Position numbers and translations under genes: made by a program
Assembly (NCBI GenBank): GCA_021783235.1
Contig: JAJXUD010000007.1
Location: 10,025-74,024, forward strand
From: Myxococcales bacterium
GTDB lineage: Bacteria > Myxococcota > Myxococcia > Myxococcales > JAKAPL01
Length of the DNA stretch: 64,000 bases
Direction: 5' to 3'
Notes under the pieces: generated by a model
The model's input: only the letters and a program-made list of their open reading frames with translations
What the model was told of the DNA's origin: nothing
Database searches by the model: none
Shown: piece by piece, positions 56,814 through 64,000 of the stretch
Layout: every line of letters begins with the position of its first letter
How positions within the stretch are numbered: position 1 is the stretch's first letter

Positions 56814-58736
56814 ATGCCGGTTCCCGTCACTTTCAAGATCTTCAGGGGCGAATCGCTGGTGGGAACCCGCGAGTTCAACCGCGACATCATCAAGATCGGT
56901 CGCCTCTCCTCGGCCCATCTCTGCCTCGAAGACGAGAAGGTCTCCCGGATCCACTCGGTCATCGAGATCGCTCCCGACAGCTCGATCAGCATCATCGACA
57001 TGGGGAGCGCGGAGGGGACCTTCGTCAACGGCAAGCGGGTGAACAAGGGCTCGCTCGCCTCGGGCGACGAGATCCGACTCGGCGCTACCCGGCTCGTCCT
57101 CGCCGTCGGCGGTGCCGCCGCCGAAGTCGCCGCCGCGCCCGAGGCGCAGGGCGAATCCAGCACCATCGAGATCGCGCCCGAACTCGGCGCCGAGCTGCGC
57201 GCGGCGGCCGCGCCAGCTCCCCCGGCGGCGATGCCCGAGCCCGAGCCACCGCCGACTGGACCCTCTCCGGAGGCCGTCTCCGCGAGGCCCGAGCCGGTTG
57301 GGCCGCCCGCGCCGGAGGCGACCGCCGAGCGGCCGGCGCGCCGGCCGAGGCGACGGCGGTCGGAGGTCGCCGAGGAGCCGGGTGAGGACGGCGTCGAGGT
57401 CCGGGTCTTCTGGGGAGAGACGCTTCTCGGGTCGGTCTTCCGGGTTCGACCCAAGGCGATCACCTTGGGCGAGGAGGCCTCGGCGGACTTCCAGCTTCCG
57501 GGACAAGGGTTGCCCGCCAGCGCGTTCCCCATCGTCGAAACGGCCGGGAGCGAGTCGAGGCTGGTCTTCGACGCCTCGATGGACGGCGAGGTCGAGCGGC
57601 CGGGCGAGGCCCCGAGGCGGCTGCGCGAGCTCGGTCGCGACGCCGAGGCGCACCCCCTGGCGGGCTGCCACGCGGTGGCGCTCACCTCGGGAAGCTTCGC
57701 CTGGGTCCAGCTCGAGACCCTGCGCATCGAGGTCTCGGTCCGGCCGGCCCCGAAGCGGGTCGTCGCGCCGTTTTGGCAAGGGCTCGACTACCGCTTCATC
57801 AACACCTGTCTCGTCCTCGGCTTCGGTATGCTGGCCTTCATCGTGTCGGCCGCCCTGACGCCACTCGACACCGACACGACGGCGGACGACCTGTTCCGCA
57901 ACCCGACGGCGATGGCGAAGTTCATCGTCAAGCCTCCGCCCAAGACGAAGAACCCATTCCTCGAGAAGCTCAAAGGCGAGACGGGCAAGATGAAGGGGGA
58001 GCCCGCCGAGAAACACAAAGGCAAAGAGGGGAAGATGGGGAAGAAGAACGCCCCCAATCGAAACGCCCGCTCCGCGCCCAAGGCCGTCGACGTCAACGCG
58101 AAGGAGGTCGTGAAGAACAGCGGCCTCATGCGGCTGCTTGGCGGAGGCGGGGGAGGTCTCTCGACGATCTTCGGCCACGGTGGGCTCGGCGGCGACCTCA
58201 AAGGCGCGATCGGCCACATGTTCGGCCCCGCGGTGGGCGACGCCGGAGGCCTCGGAGGCCTCGGCCTGCGCGGAACGGGCTCGGGGGGCGGCGGCCTCGG
58301 GAACACGATCGGCATCGGAGACATCGGGACCAAGGGGCGCGGCGGCGGGCTCGGAGGCTACGGCAGCGGCATCGGCGGAATGGGGACGAAGGGGGGCTCG
58401 GACGTCGCCATCTCGAGCGGCAACCCCATCGTCGAGGGCTCGCTGGATAAAGAGCTGATTCGCCGGGTCATCCACCAGCACCGCAGCCAGGTGCGCTTCT
58501 GCTACGAGTCCGAGCTCGTCCGTCACCCCGGCATGGCCGGCAAGATCATGGTGAAGTTCGTCATCACGGCGAGCGGCGGCGTCCAGCGGGCCTCGGTCGA
58601 CCAGTCCACGCTGGGGAACGCGAACGTCGAGAACTGCATCGTCTCGCGCGTCTATCAGTGGGAGTTCCCGAAGCCGAAGGGCGGAGGGATCGTCATCGTG
58701 AACTACCCCTTCCTGCTCAAGGAGTCGGGCGAGTGA
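56814..58736 (+). CDS. FHA-domain / single-TM / TonB-C-like protein, GltG(PglI)/NfsG-like
   Basis: FHA: IKIGRLSSAHLCLEDEKVSRIHSVIEI...IIDMGSAEGTFVNGKRV. TM segment FINTCLVLGFGMLAFIVSAAL. Lys-rich then Gly-rich linker. C-terminal LDKELIRRVIHQHRSQVRFCYE...GGVQRASVDQSTLGN..VENCIV..V..WEFPKPKGGGIVIVNYPFLL. Confidence 0.85.
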   Translation: MPVPVTFKIFRGESLVGTREFNRDIIKIGRLSSAHLCLEDEKVSRIHSVIEIAPDSSISIIDMGSAEGTFVNGKRVNKGSLASGDEIRLGATRLVLAVGGAAAEVAAAPEAQGESSTIEIAPELGAELRAAAAPAPPAAMPEPEPPPTGPSPEAVSARPEPVGPPAPEATAERPARRPRRRRSEVAEEPGEDGVEVRVFWGETLLGSVFRVRPKAITLGEEASADFQLPGQGLPASAFPIVETAGSESRLVFDASMDGEVERPGEAPRRLRELGRDAEAHPLAGCHAVALTSGSFAWVQLETLRIEVSVRPAPKRVVAPFWQGLDYRFINTCLVLGFGMLAFIVSAALTPLDTDTTADDLFRNPTAMAKFIVKPPPKTKNPFLEKLKGETGKMKGEPAEKHKGKEGKMGKKNAPNRNARSAPKAVDVNAKEVVKNSGLMRLLGGGGGGLSTIFGHGGLGGDLKGAIGHMFGPAVGDAGGLGGLGLRGTGSGGGGLGNTIGIGDIGTKGRGGGLGGYGSGIGGMGTKGGSDVAISSGNPIVEGSLDKELIRRVIHQHRSQVRFCYESELVRHPGMAGKIMVKFVITASGGVQRASVDQSTLGNANVENCIVSRVYQWEFPKPKGGGIVIVNYPFLLKESGE

Positions 58737-59308
58737 TGCGCGCCTCGGTCCCCCTCTCGCTCGTCTGCGCGCTGCTCATGCCCCTGGGCGCCCTCGCCGA
58801 GCCGGCCGGCCAGATCTCCAACGCTGGGCAGGTTCCCCTCGGGGAGGTCGTGCGCGGGGGCTACGCCGAGGCCGAGGTCGGGGCCATCGACTTCTTCGGC
58901 CTCGGGGCCGGCACGCTGGTGGGTGTCGACGTCGGCTGGGACGTCGCGAGCGGCTTCGGCTTGGGCCTCTTCGTCGACGGGCTGGATCTCGGTGCCCCTT
59001 CGCTGCCGGGTGACGTCGCGGCCGTCATGCCAGGTGTCGAGGCGAGGCTCTATCTGCCGATCTTCCAGGACTCGAACGGCGTGGACCGGCTCTTCTTCGG
59101 CGTCCGCGCCGGGGGAGGGGTCGCGCTGTTCAGCCCCATCGGCGGGCTGACGGGGACCATGCCGATGGTCCGCGCCGGCCTGAGCCTCGAGTACTTCACG
59201 CACCTGCGCCATTTCTCGGTCGGGCTCGCTGCCGATGGCATCGCGCTGTTTGGCGCCAGCAGTAGGCCCGGCGTAGCCGTGAGCCCCTTTGCCCGTTACA
59301 GCTTCTGA
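58736..59308 (+). CDS. Small OM beta-barrel protein, GltH/NfsH-like by position
   Basis: TGATG overlap. Signal peptide LSLVCALLMPLGALAEP. Alternating beta-strand pattern. C-terminal ...SPFARYSF (terminal Phe). Confidence 0.62.
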   Translation: MRASVPLSLVCALLMPLGALAEPAGQISNAGQVPLGEVVRGGYAEAEVGAIDFFGLGAGTLVGVDVGWDVASGFGLGLFVDGLDLGAPSLPGDVAAVMPGVEARLYLPIFQDSNGVDRLFFGVRAGGGVALFSPIGGLTGTMPMVRAGLSLEYFTHLRHFSVGLAADGIALFGASSRPGVAVSPFARYSF

Positions 59309-62300
59309 GGCAGCGCTCGAGAGCGCCCGCCGGAAGCAGGAGCTGGCGCTCTTGGAGGGGCGGCTCACGGAGGCCCATTCCTGGGCCTGCTGGCTCGCCT
59401 GGAACGAACCCGACCTCGCCATCCGCGCGAGGCGCTGGCGCGAGGCCGGCTCTTTTGCGAGGGAGCGGTTGCTCGATCCGGCCGAAGCCGAGGCGTGCTT
59501 CCGCCGTTCGCTCGCCGCCGATCCACGCGGAACGGATTCCGCAGACGCGCTCGCGGCTCTCCTCGCGGAACGAGGCGAGGTCCAGGCTGCCGCGGAGCTG
59601 ATCGCCCGGGCTCCCGTCCCGGATCCCGCGGTGCGTGCCCGGCGGCTGGAGAGCGCCGGGCTGCTGCTGCGCGGAACGGCGCCGGCCCGAGCGGCCGTCT
59701 ACCTGCGGGAGGCGCTCGCGGGCTCGGCCGCGGCGGGCGAGGCCAGGCGGGCGCTCGTCGATCTCTTCGCCCAGTCGCGGCTCTTCGCGGGGGCGCTCAG
59801 GGTTTGCGCCGCGGCCCCCCCCGGCGCGGACCGGATCCGGGCGCTCGTCGAACTCGGCAGCCGGCTGGTCGACGAGCCATTGGAACACCCGTTGGCTCGT
59901 CGCGCATTCGAGCTCGCACTCGAAGAGGCCCCAGACCACACCGTGGCCGCGGAGGCGCTCGGGAGACTCGCGGCTTGGCCGAAGAGCTGGCCCCAGGTCG
60001 CGCGCCAGCTTCGGGCCGCCGCGGTCGAGGAGCGGGATCGCCGCACGGCGGCCGGTCTCTACCTTCGGCTCGCGGCCCTCCACGCGGCCTACGACGAGAA
60101 CGGCGCCGCGGCCGCGCACGAGCAGCTCGGGCGCTGCTTTCTCCTCTGGCCTGGGATGCCCGCGGCGCTCGACCTCATCGAGCGTCTCGCGATCCGCTGG
60201 GGCGATCGGGGCTGGGCCGTCCGCGGCTTCGAGGCGCTCGCGCCGGCGGCGCGGGATCGAGGCTGCGCGGCCGACCTCTGGGAGCGAGCCGCGCGGCTGC
60301 GCCGGCTCGATTCGGCCGATTCCCAGGGAGCGGACCAGGCGCTCGCGAAGACGCTCGAAGCGGATCCGGAACGGAGCTCGGCGATCTGGGATCTCTTCGA
60401 GCGGCTCCTCGATTCCGGTGACCGCGACGGCGCGGCGCGTCTGCTCGAGCGGCCGTTCGGGCGGGTGGCCGCGAGTTCGGGGGCGGTCCGCCTGGCCCTC
60501 GGCGAGTGGCTCATCTCACTCGGCGATCGGGCTCGGGCCGCGACCCAGCTCGAGGGGCTCGTGGAGCGCCCTCCGGACGCGCCCGCGGCCTTCGACGCCT
60601 GGATGGGCGCGGTGCGGGAGACCGGGGATGCGCTGCTGGCGGCACGCGCCTTGGCGATCGCGGCGGCGAGGGCCGACTCGGCGGCCGGCAGGCGGACGTC
60701 TCTCGTCGCTCTCGCGGAGCTCGAGCGGGCTCAAGGGCGTGGCAAGGCCGTCGCGAAGACGCTCGGCGAGGCGCTCTGGCTCGCTCCAGGGGATCCGGCG
60801 CTCCTCTCGGCCCTCGAGCTGCTCGGGCGCGAGGACGGCGCCGCGGGAGAGGTCGCCCAGTCGCTTGGACGAGCGCTCGAGGCCGAAGGAGGCGGGCCCG
60901 CCACCGGGCCCCTCGCGCGCTCGCTCGCGAGGTCGATCGCGGCGGATCCCAACCGACGAGCCGAGGCCGTGGCGCTGCTGCAGCGGGTGCTGGAGCAGCT
61001 CCCGGGAGACGCCGAGGCGCTCTCGCTGCTGGACGCTCTCCTGCGGGGCGGTCGACCGGAAGAGCTCGAGGCCGAGCTGAAGCGCCGCTTCGAGGCGGCG
61101 CTCACCGACGAGGCTCGGGCGGCTTGCCTCCGGGAGATCGCGGCTTCGCAGGCCCGGCGGCAGGCTCCGGCCGCGGAGCGGGCGCCGGTCTTGTCGCGGC
61201 TCGTCGATCTCGCGCCGGGGGACCCGGTGTCCCTTCGCCAGCTCGCCTCCGCCCGCGCCGAGCTGGGCGAGTGGGGCCCTCTCGCGGAGCTTCTCGCGAG
61301 GCTCGCGGCCGTGGAGACCGACGAGCGACGCCGCGTCCAGATCGAGATCGAGCGAGCCGGCCTCCTGCTGGACCGGCTCGGGGACGGGCCCGCCGCGCTG
61401 GAGGGGGCGCGGCGCGCGCTCGGCTCTGCGTCTGGGAGGGCCGGCGCCCTCCGGCTCCTCGAGCAGCTCGTCGGCGACCCGGTCGCGAGCGCAGGGGCGC
61501 TCGAGATCCTCGAGGTCGAGTATGCCAAGAGCGGGGACTGGACGCGCGTGCTCGCCATCCTGGCGCGGCGCGCAGAGGCGTCGGCGGATCCGGTCGAACG
61601 GGCGGGGCGCCGCCTGGAGCAGGCGAGGGTGCTCGAGGAGAGGCTCGCCGATCCTCGCGGCGCCTTCTCCCTTCTCGCGGCGGCGCTGGCCGATGCCCCG
61701 GAGCTCGTTGCCCCGGAGCTCGTCAGGGTCGCCCGCTCGATCGGAACGCTCGCCGAGACGATCGATCGGCTCGACGAGGTCGCCTCCAGCAGCGGGGCGG
61801 CCGAGGGCCTGCCGCTCGCCCGTCGCGCGGTCGACCTCGCGAGGGAGGCCGGTGACGCCGAGCGGCTCGCCGCCGCCCAGGGCGTCGTCCTGCAGCTCGC
61901 GCCCTCGGATCCCGATGCGCTCGACGCGCTCGCGACGCGAGCGCGAGAGAAGGGGGAGGCCGAGCGGGCGGTCGAGCTGCTGCGGCGCCAGCTGGCTGCG
62001 GGCGGCAGCGCCGCGGAGCAGGCCCGCCGGCTGGTCTTGCTCGGCAGGAGCTCGCTCGACGTCCTCGCCCAGCCAAGCGAGGCGGTCGAGGCCTTCGAGC
62101 AGGCGCTGGCGCTCGGCGCCGACGAAGGGGAGCTGCTCGAGCCCCTCGCTCAGGCGCTCGCGAACGCAGCGCGCCCACGCGAGGCGTGCGACGTGCTGGC
62201 CCGGGCCATCGCGCGGCTCGACCGAGCAGGGGATGCCCCACGGGCTGCTGAGCTGCGGTTGCGCCGTGCCCGTGCACTCTTCGAGGGGCTCGGGGACGCG

Positions 62301-64000
62301 CTGGGAGCGGCGGCCGAGCTCGAGGCGCTCCTCGCGCTCCGGCCGAACGACCCCGAGGCCATCGCGGCCCTGGAGGGGCTGCTCGGAACCGAGGCCGATT
62401 CGAAGGCGGTCGCGACCCTCGCCTCGGTGTTCGAGCGCATCGGCGACGCGGCGCGCCTCGCTCAGGCGCTCGGCGCCCTCGCGGATCGGGAGACCGATCC
62501 CGAGAAGCGTGCCGACATCCTCCGCCGCATCGCCCGCCTCGAGGCCCAGGACCTTCGGGACCCCGGGCTCGCGTTCTCGACGCTCTCGCGAGCCGCTCAC
62601 CTTCGACCCAAGGACGCCGAGCTGCGATCCGAGCTTCGCGCCCTGGCGTCCGCTGCTCGGCTCGAGGCCGAGCTCGCCGCCCTGCTCCAGGATCTGGCGG
62701 AGGCCCAGCCCGGGAAGGCCGGAGCGGCGTTGCTGCTCGAACTCGGCGAGCTGCTCGAGGGGATCGGCGATCTCGAGGGCGCGCGGCGGGCCTACTCGCA
62801 GGCGAATCGACAGCACCCCGCGAGCCCGGCTCCGCCGCGGGAGCTGCTGCGACTCGCGAGGCGGTCGGGGGACGCCGGGGCGGTCTCGGAGGCCGCCCGC
62901 GCCCTGGCGGAGCTCACGGCGGGGGAGGAGAAGATCGCCCTTCTCGCCGAGGCCGCCTCGGCAGCGCCGGTGCCCAAGGCCCTCGAGCTCTGGGCCGAGC
63001 TGCTCGAGCTCTCCCCCGGAAACGCGGCGGCGGTCGCCGCCCTGGAATCGCTGCTTGCCGGCCCACCGCCGGTCCGCGATTCGGCCGCGGCCCTGCTCGT
63101 GCCCGTCTACCGGGCCGGCGGGAACGGCGAACGGTTGGCCGCGGCGCTGGAGCCCCTCGCGCCGCTCGCCCGCTCGGCCGACGAGCGCGCCGCCGCCTGG
63201 ATCGAGATCGCCTCCCTGCGGGATCGGCTCGGGCAGGCCCGGCCTGCCCTGGCGGCCCGCCTGCGCGCGCTTCGGGAGCGGCCCGGCGACCTCGCGCTCT
63301 GCGAGGAGATCGAGCGAGCCGGCGCCGCCGTCGGGGGGCTCGACGAGATCGCCGCCAGCTACGAGGAGCTCATCGGCGCCCTCGGTGCGGTCGCCGGAGC
63401 CCTGCCGCTCCGCGAGCGGCTCGCCGCCCTCGCCGCCGGTCCGCTCGCGGCTCCCGAGCGGGCGCTCGCCCTCGAGCTCGAGATCGCCGAGCTCTCGCCG
63501 AGTGACGTTTCAGCCGTGGCGAGGGCCGCCGAGCTTCAGCGGCGGCTCGGCCGGGAGCGCGATCTGGCGGGCTCGCTCGTTCGGTTGGCGCACGCGAGCC
63601 CGGAACCGGCTAGAAAGAAGGATCTCTTGCGCGAGGCGGCAGAGATTTTCGGCCGCCTCGACGATCGGGATGGTGCCATGGCTTCTTATCGAGAGATCCT
63701 CGAGATCGACCCTTCGGACCCCTCGGCGCTCGAGCGGCTGGGCGCCATCCTCGGCGGCGCGGGGAAGTGGGGCGACCTCGCGGATGCCTTGGACGGGCTG
63801 GCACGAGAGGCGCTCGCCGCGGGCGCGACCGCGGACGCCGATCGGTTGCGGCTCCGGCGCGGCCTCGTCTTGCTCGATCGGCTGGGGGATCTCCGCGGCG
63901 CGCTCGCCTGCTTCACGGCCGTCGCGGCAGGCGTCGCGGATGATCCGGCAATCCCAGCCTCGCTGGAGCGCGCCTTCTCCGCGGCGACGGATCCGAGCGA
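59289..64000 (+). CDS. Very large cytoplasmic TPR-like protein, GltI(AgmK)-like; 3' partial (runs off the window); start tentative (TTG 59289)
   Basis: Absent from the ORF track, which appears to list only ORFs that end in a stop. Frame 0 is open from the stop at 59280 to nt 64000. Spot-checked codon by codon at 59941, 61501, 62761, 63601, 63661 and 63961. Ala/Leu/Glu/Arg-rich helical repeats (…AMASYREILEIDPSDPSALERLG…). No signal peptide. Confidence 0.7.
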   Translation, partial: MPVTASEAALESARRKQELALLEGRLTEAHSWACWLAWNEPDLAIRARRWREAGSFARERLLDPAEAEACFRRSLAADPRGTDSADALAALLAERGEVQAAAELIARAPVPDPAVRARRLESAGLLLRGTAPARAAVYLREALAGSAAAGEARRALVDLFAQSRLFAGALRVCAAAPPGADRIRALVELGSRLVDEPLEHPLARRAFELALEEAPDHTVAAEALGRLAAWPKSWPQVARQLRAAAVEERDRRTAAGLYLRLAALHAAYDENGAAAAHEQLGRCFLLWPGMPAALDLIERLAIRWGDRGWAVRGFEALAPAARDRGCAADLWERAARLRRLDSADSQGADQALAKTLEADPERSSAIWDLFERLLDSGDRDGAARLLERPFGRVAASSGAVRLALGEWLISLGDRARAATQLEGLVERPPDAPAAFDAWMGAVRETGDALLAARALAIAAARADSAAGRRTSLVALAELERAQGRGKAVAKTLGEALWLAPGDPALLSALELLGREDGAAGEVAQSLGRALEAEGGGPATGPLARSLARSIAADPNRRAEAVALLQRVLEQLPGDAEALSLLDALLRGGRPEELEAELKRRFEAALTDEARAACLREIAASQARRQAPAAERAPVLSRLVDLAPGDPVSLRQLASARAELGEWGPLAELLARLAAVETDERRRVQIEIERAGLLLDRLGDGPAALEGARRALGSASGRAGALRLLEQLVGDPVASAGALEILEVEYAKSGDWTRVLAILARRAEASADPVERAGRRLEQARVLEERLADPRGAFSLLAAALADAPELVAPELVRVARSIGTLAETIDRLDEVASSSGAAEGLPLARRAVDLAREAGDAERLAAAQGVVLQLAPSDPDALDALATRAREKGEAERAVELLRRQLAAGGSAAEQARRLVLLGRSSLDVLAQPSEAVEAFEQALALGADEGELLEPLAQALANAARPREACDVLARAIARLDRAGDAPRAAELRLRRARALFEGLGDALGAAAELEALLALRPNDPEAIAALEGLLGTEADSKAVATLASVFERIGDAARLAQALGALADRETDPEKRADILRRIARLEAQDLRDPGLAFSTLSRAAHLRPKDAELRSELRALASAARLEAELAALLQDLAEAQPGKAGAALLLELGELLEGIGDLEGARRAYSQANRQHPASPAPPRELLRLARRSGDAGAVSEAARALAELTAGEEKIALLAEAASAAPVPKALELWAELLELSPGNAAAVAALESLLAGPPPVRDSAAALLVPVYRAGGNGERLAAALEPLAPLARSADERAAAWIEIASLRDRLGQARPALAARLRALRERPGDLALCEEIERAGAAVGGLDEIAASYEELIGALGAVAGALPLRERLAALAAGPLAAPERALALELEIAELSPSDVSAVARAAELQRRLGRERDLAGSLVRLAHASPEPARKKDLLREAAEIFGRLDDRDGAMASYREILEIDPSDPSALERLGAILGGAGKWGDLADALDGLAREALAAGATADADRLRLRRGLVLLDRLGDLRGALACFTAVAAGVADDPAIPASLERAFSAATDPS

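Noticed and set aside
51591-62816. ORFs 51591..54473 (-), 52649..55138 (+ part), 55791..58526 (-), 59495..61855 (+ frames) and 60516..62816 (-)
   Set aside because: Shadow frames of the glt-like genes. Only the C-terminal part of 52649..56500 (from ATG 55139) is real, as the GltE-like lipoprotein.

Overview
Very GC-rich bacterial chromosome segment with Myxococcota hallmarks: four MYXO-CTERM-type sorting tags, an Agl-Glt/Nfs-type gene set, and a PEGA-domain Ser/Thr kinase. I call 37 protein-coding genes that tile almost the whole window. I found no rRNA, tRNA, CRISPR array or IS/transposase. Most long Arg/Pro/Gly-rich ORFs in the six-frame track are shadow frames of the real genes. Layout: (1) housekeeping block 49-12644: leuS-lptE, amt, a Wzy_C/TPR membrane protein, uvrA, an EamA transporter. 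(2) About 19 kb cell-surface island, 12766-31811. It holds two paralogous lipoproteins (six ASH/choice-of-anchor-D-like modules plus a C-terminal vWA domain each). It also holds a minus-strand operon of two paralogous Cys-rich MYXO-CTERM lipoproteins plus a TRL-like lipoprotein, a tandem Cys-repeat protein, and a 2117-aa ORF that looks like two fused MYXO-CTERM surface proteins. (3) Small housekeeping/signalling block 31808-37951: acyl-CoA dehydrogenase, cutA, a zinc-ribbon protein, a PEGA Ser/Thr kinase, an amidohydrolase. (4) Uncharacterised envelope operon 38146-46749: OM beta-barrel, 1194-aa lipoprotein, about 1214-aa metzincin lipoprotein, 61-aa Cys-rich lipoprotein. (5) From 48174 to the window end, a translationally coupled Glt/Nfs-type operon in the order A/B-A/B-C-D-E-F-G-H-I. 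Two genes are not in the ORF track and were recovered by reading the sequence: a 571-aa lipoprotein gene whose only plausible start is CTG (19079-20794, minus), and the GltI-like ORF that runs off the 3' edge (59289->64000). All domain and family names come from motif recognition by eye; no searches were run.
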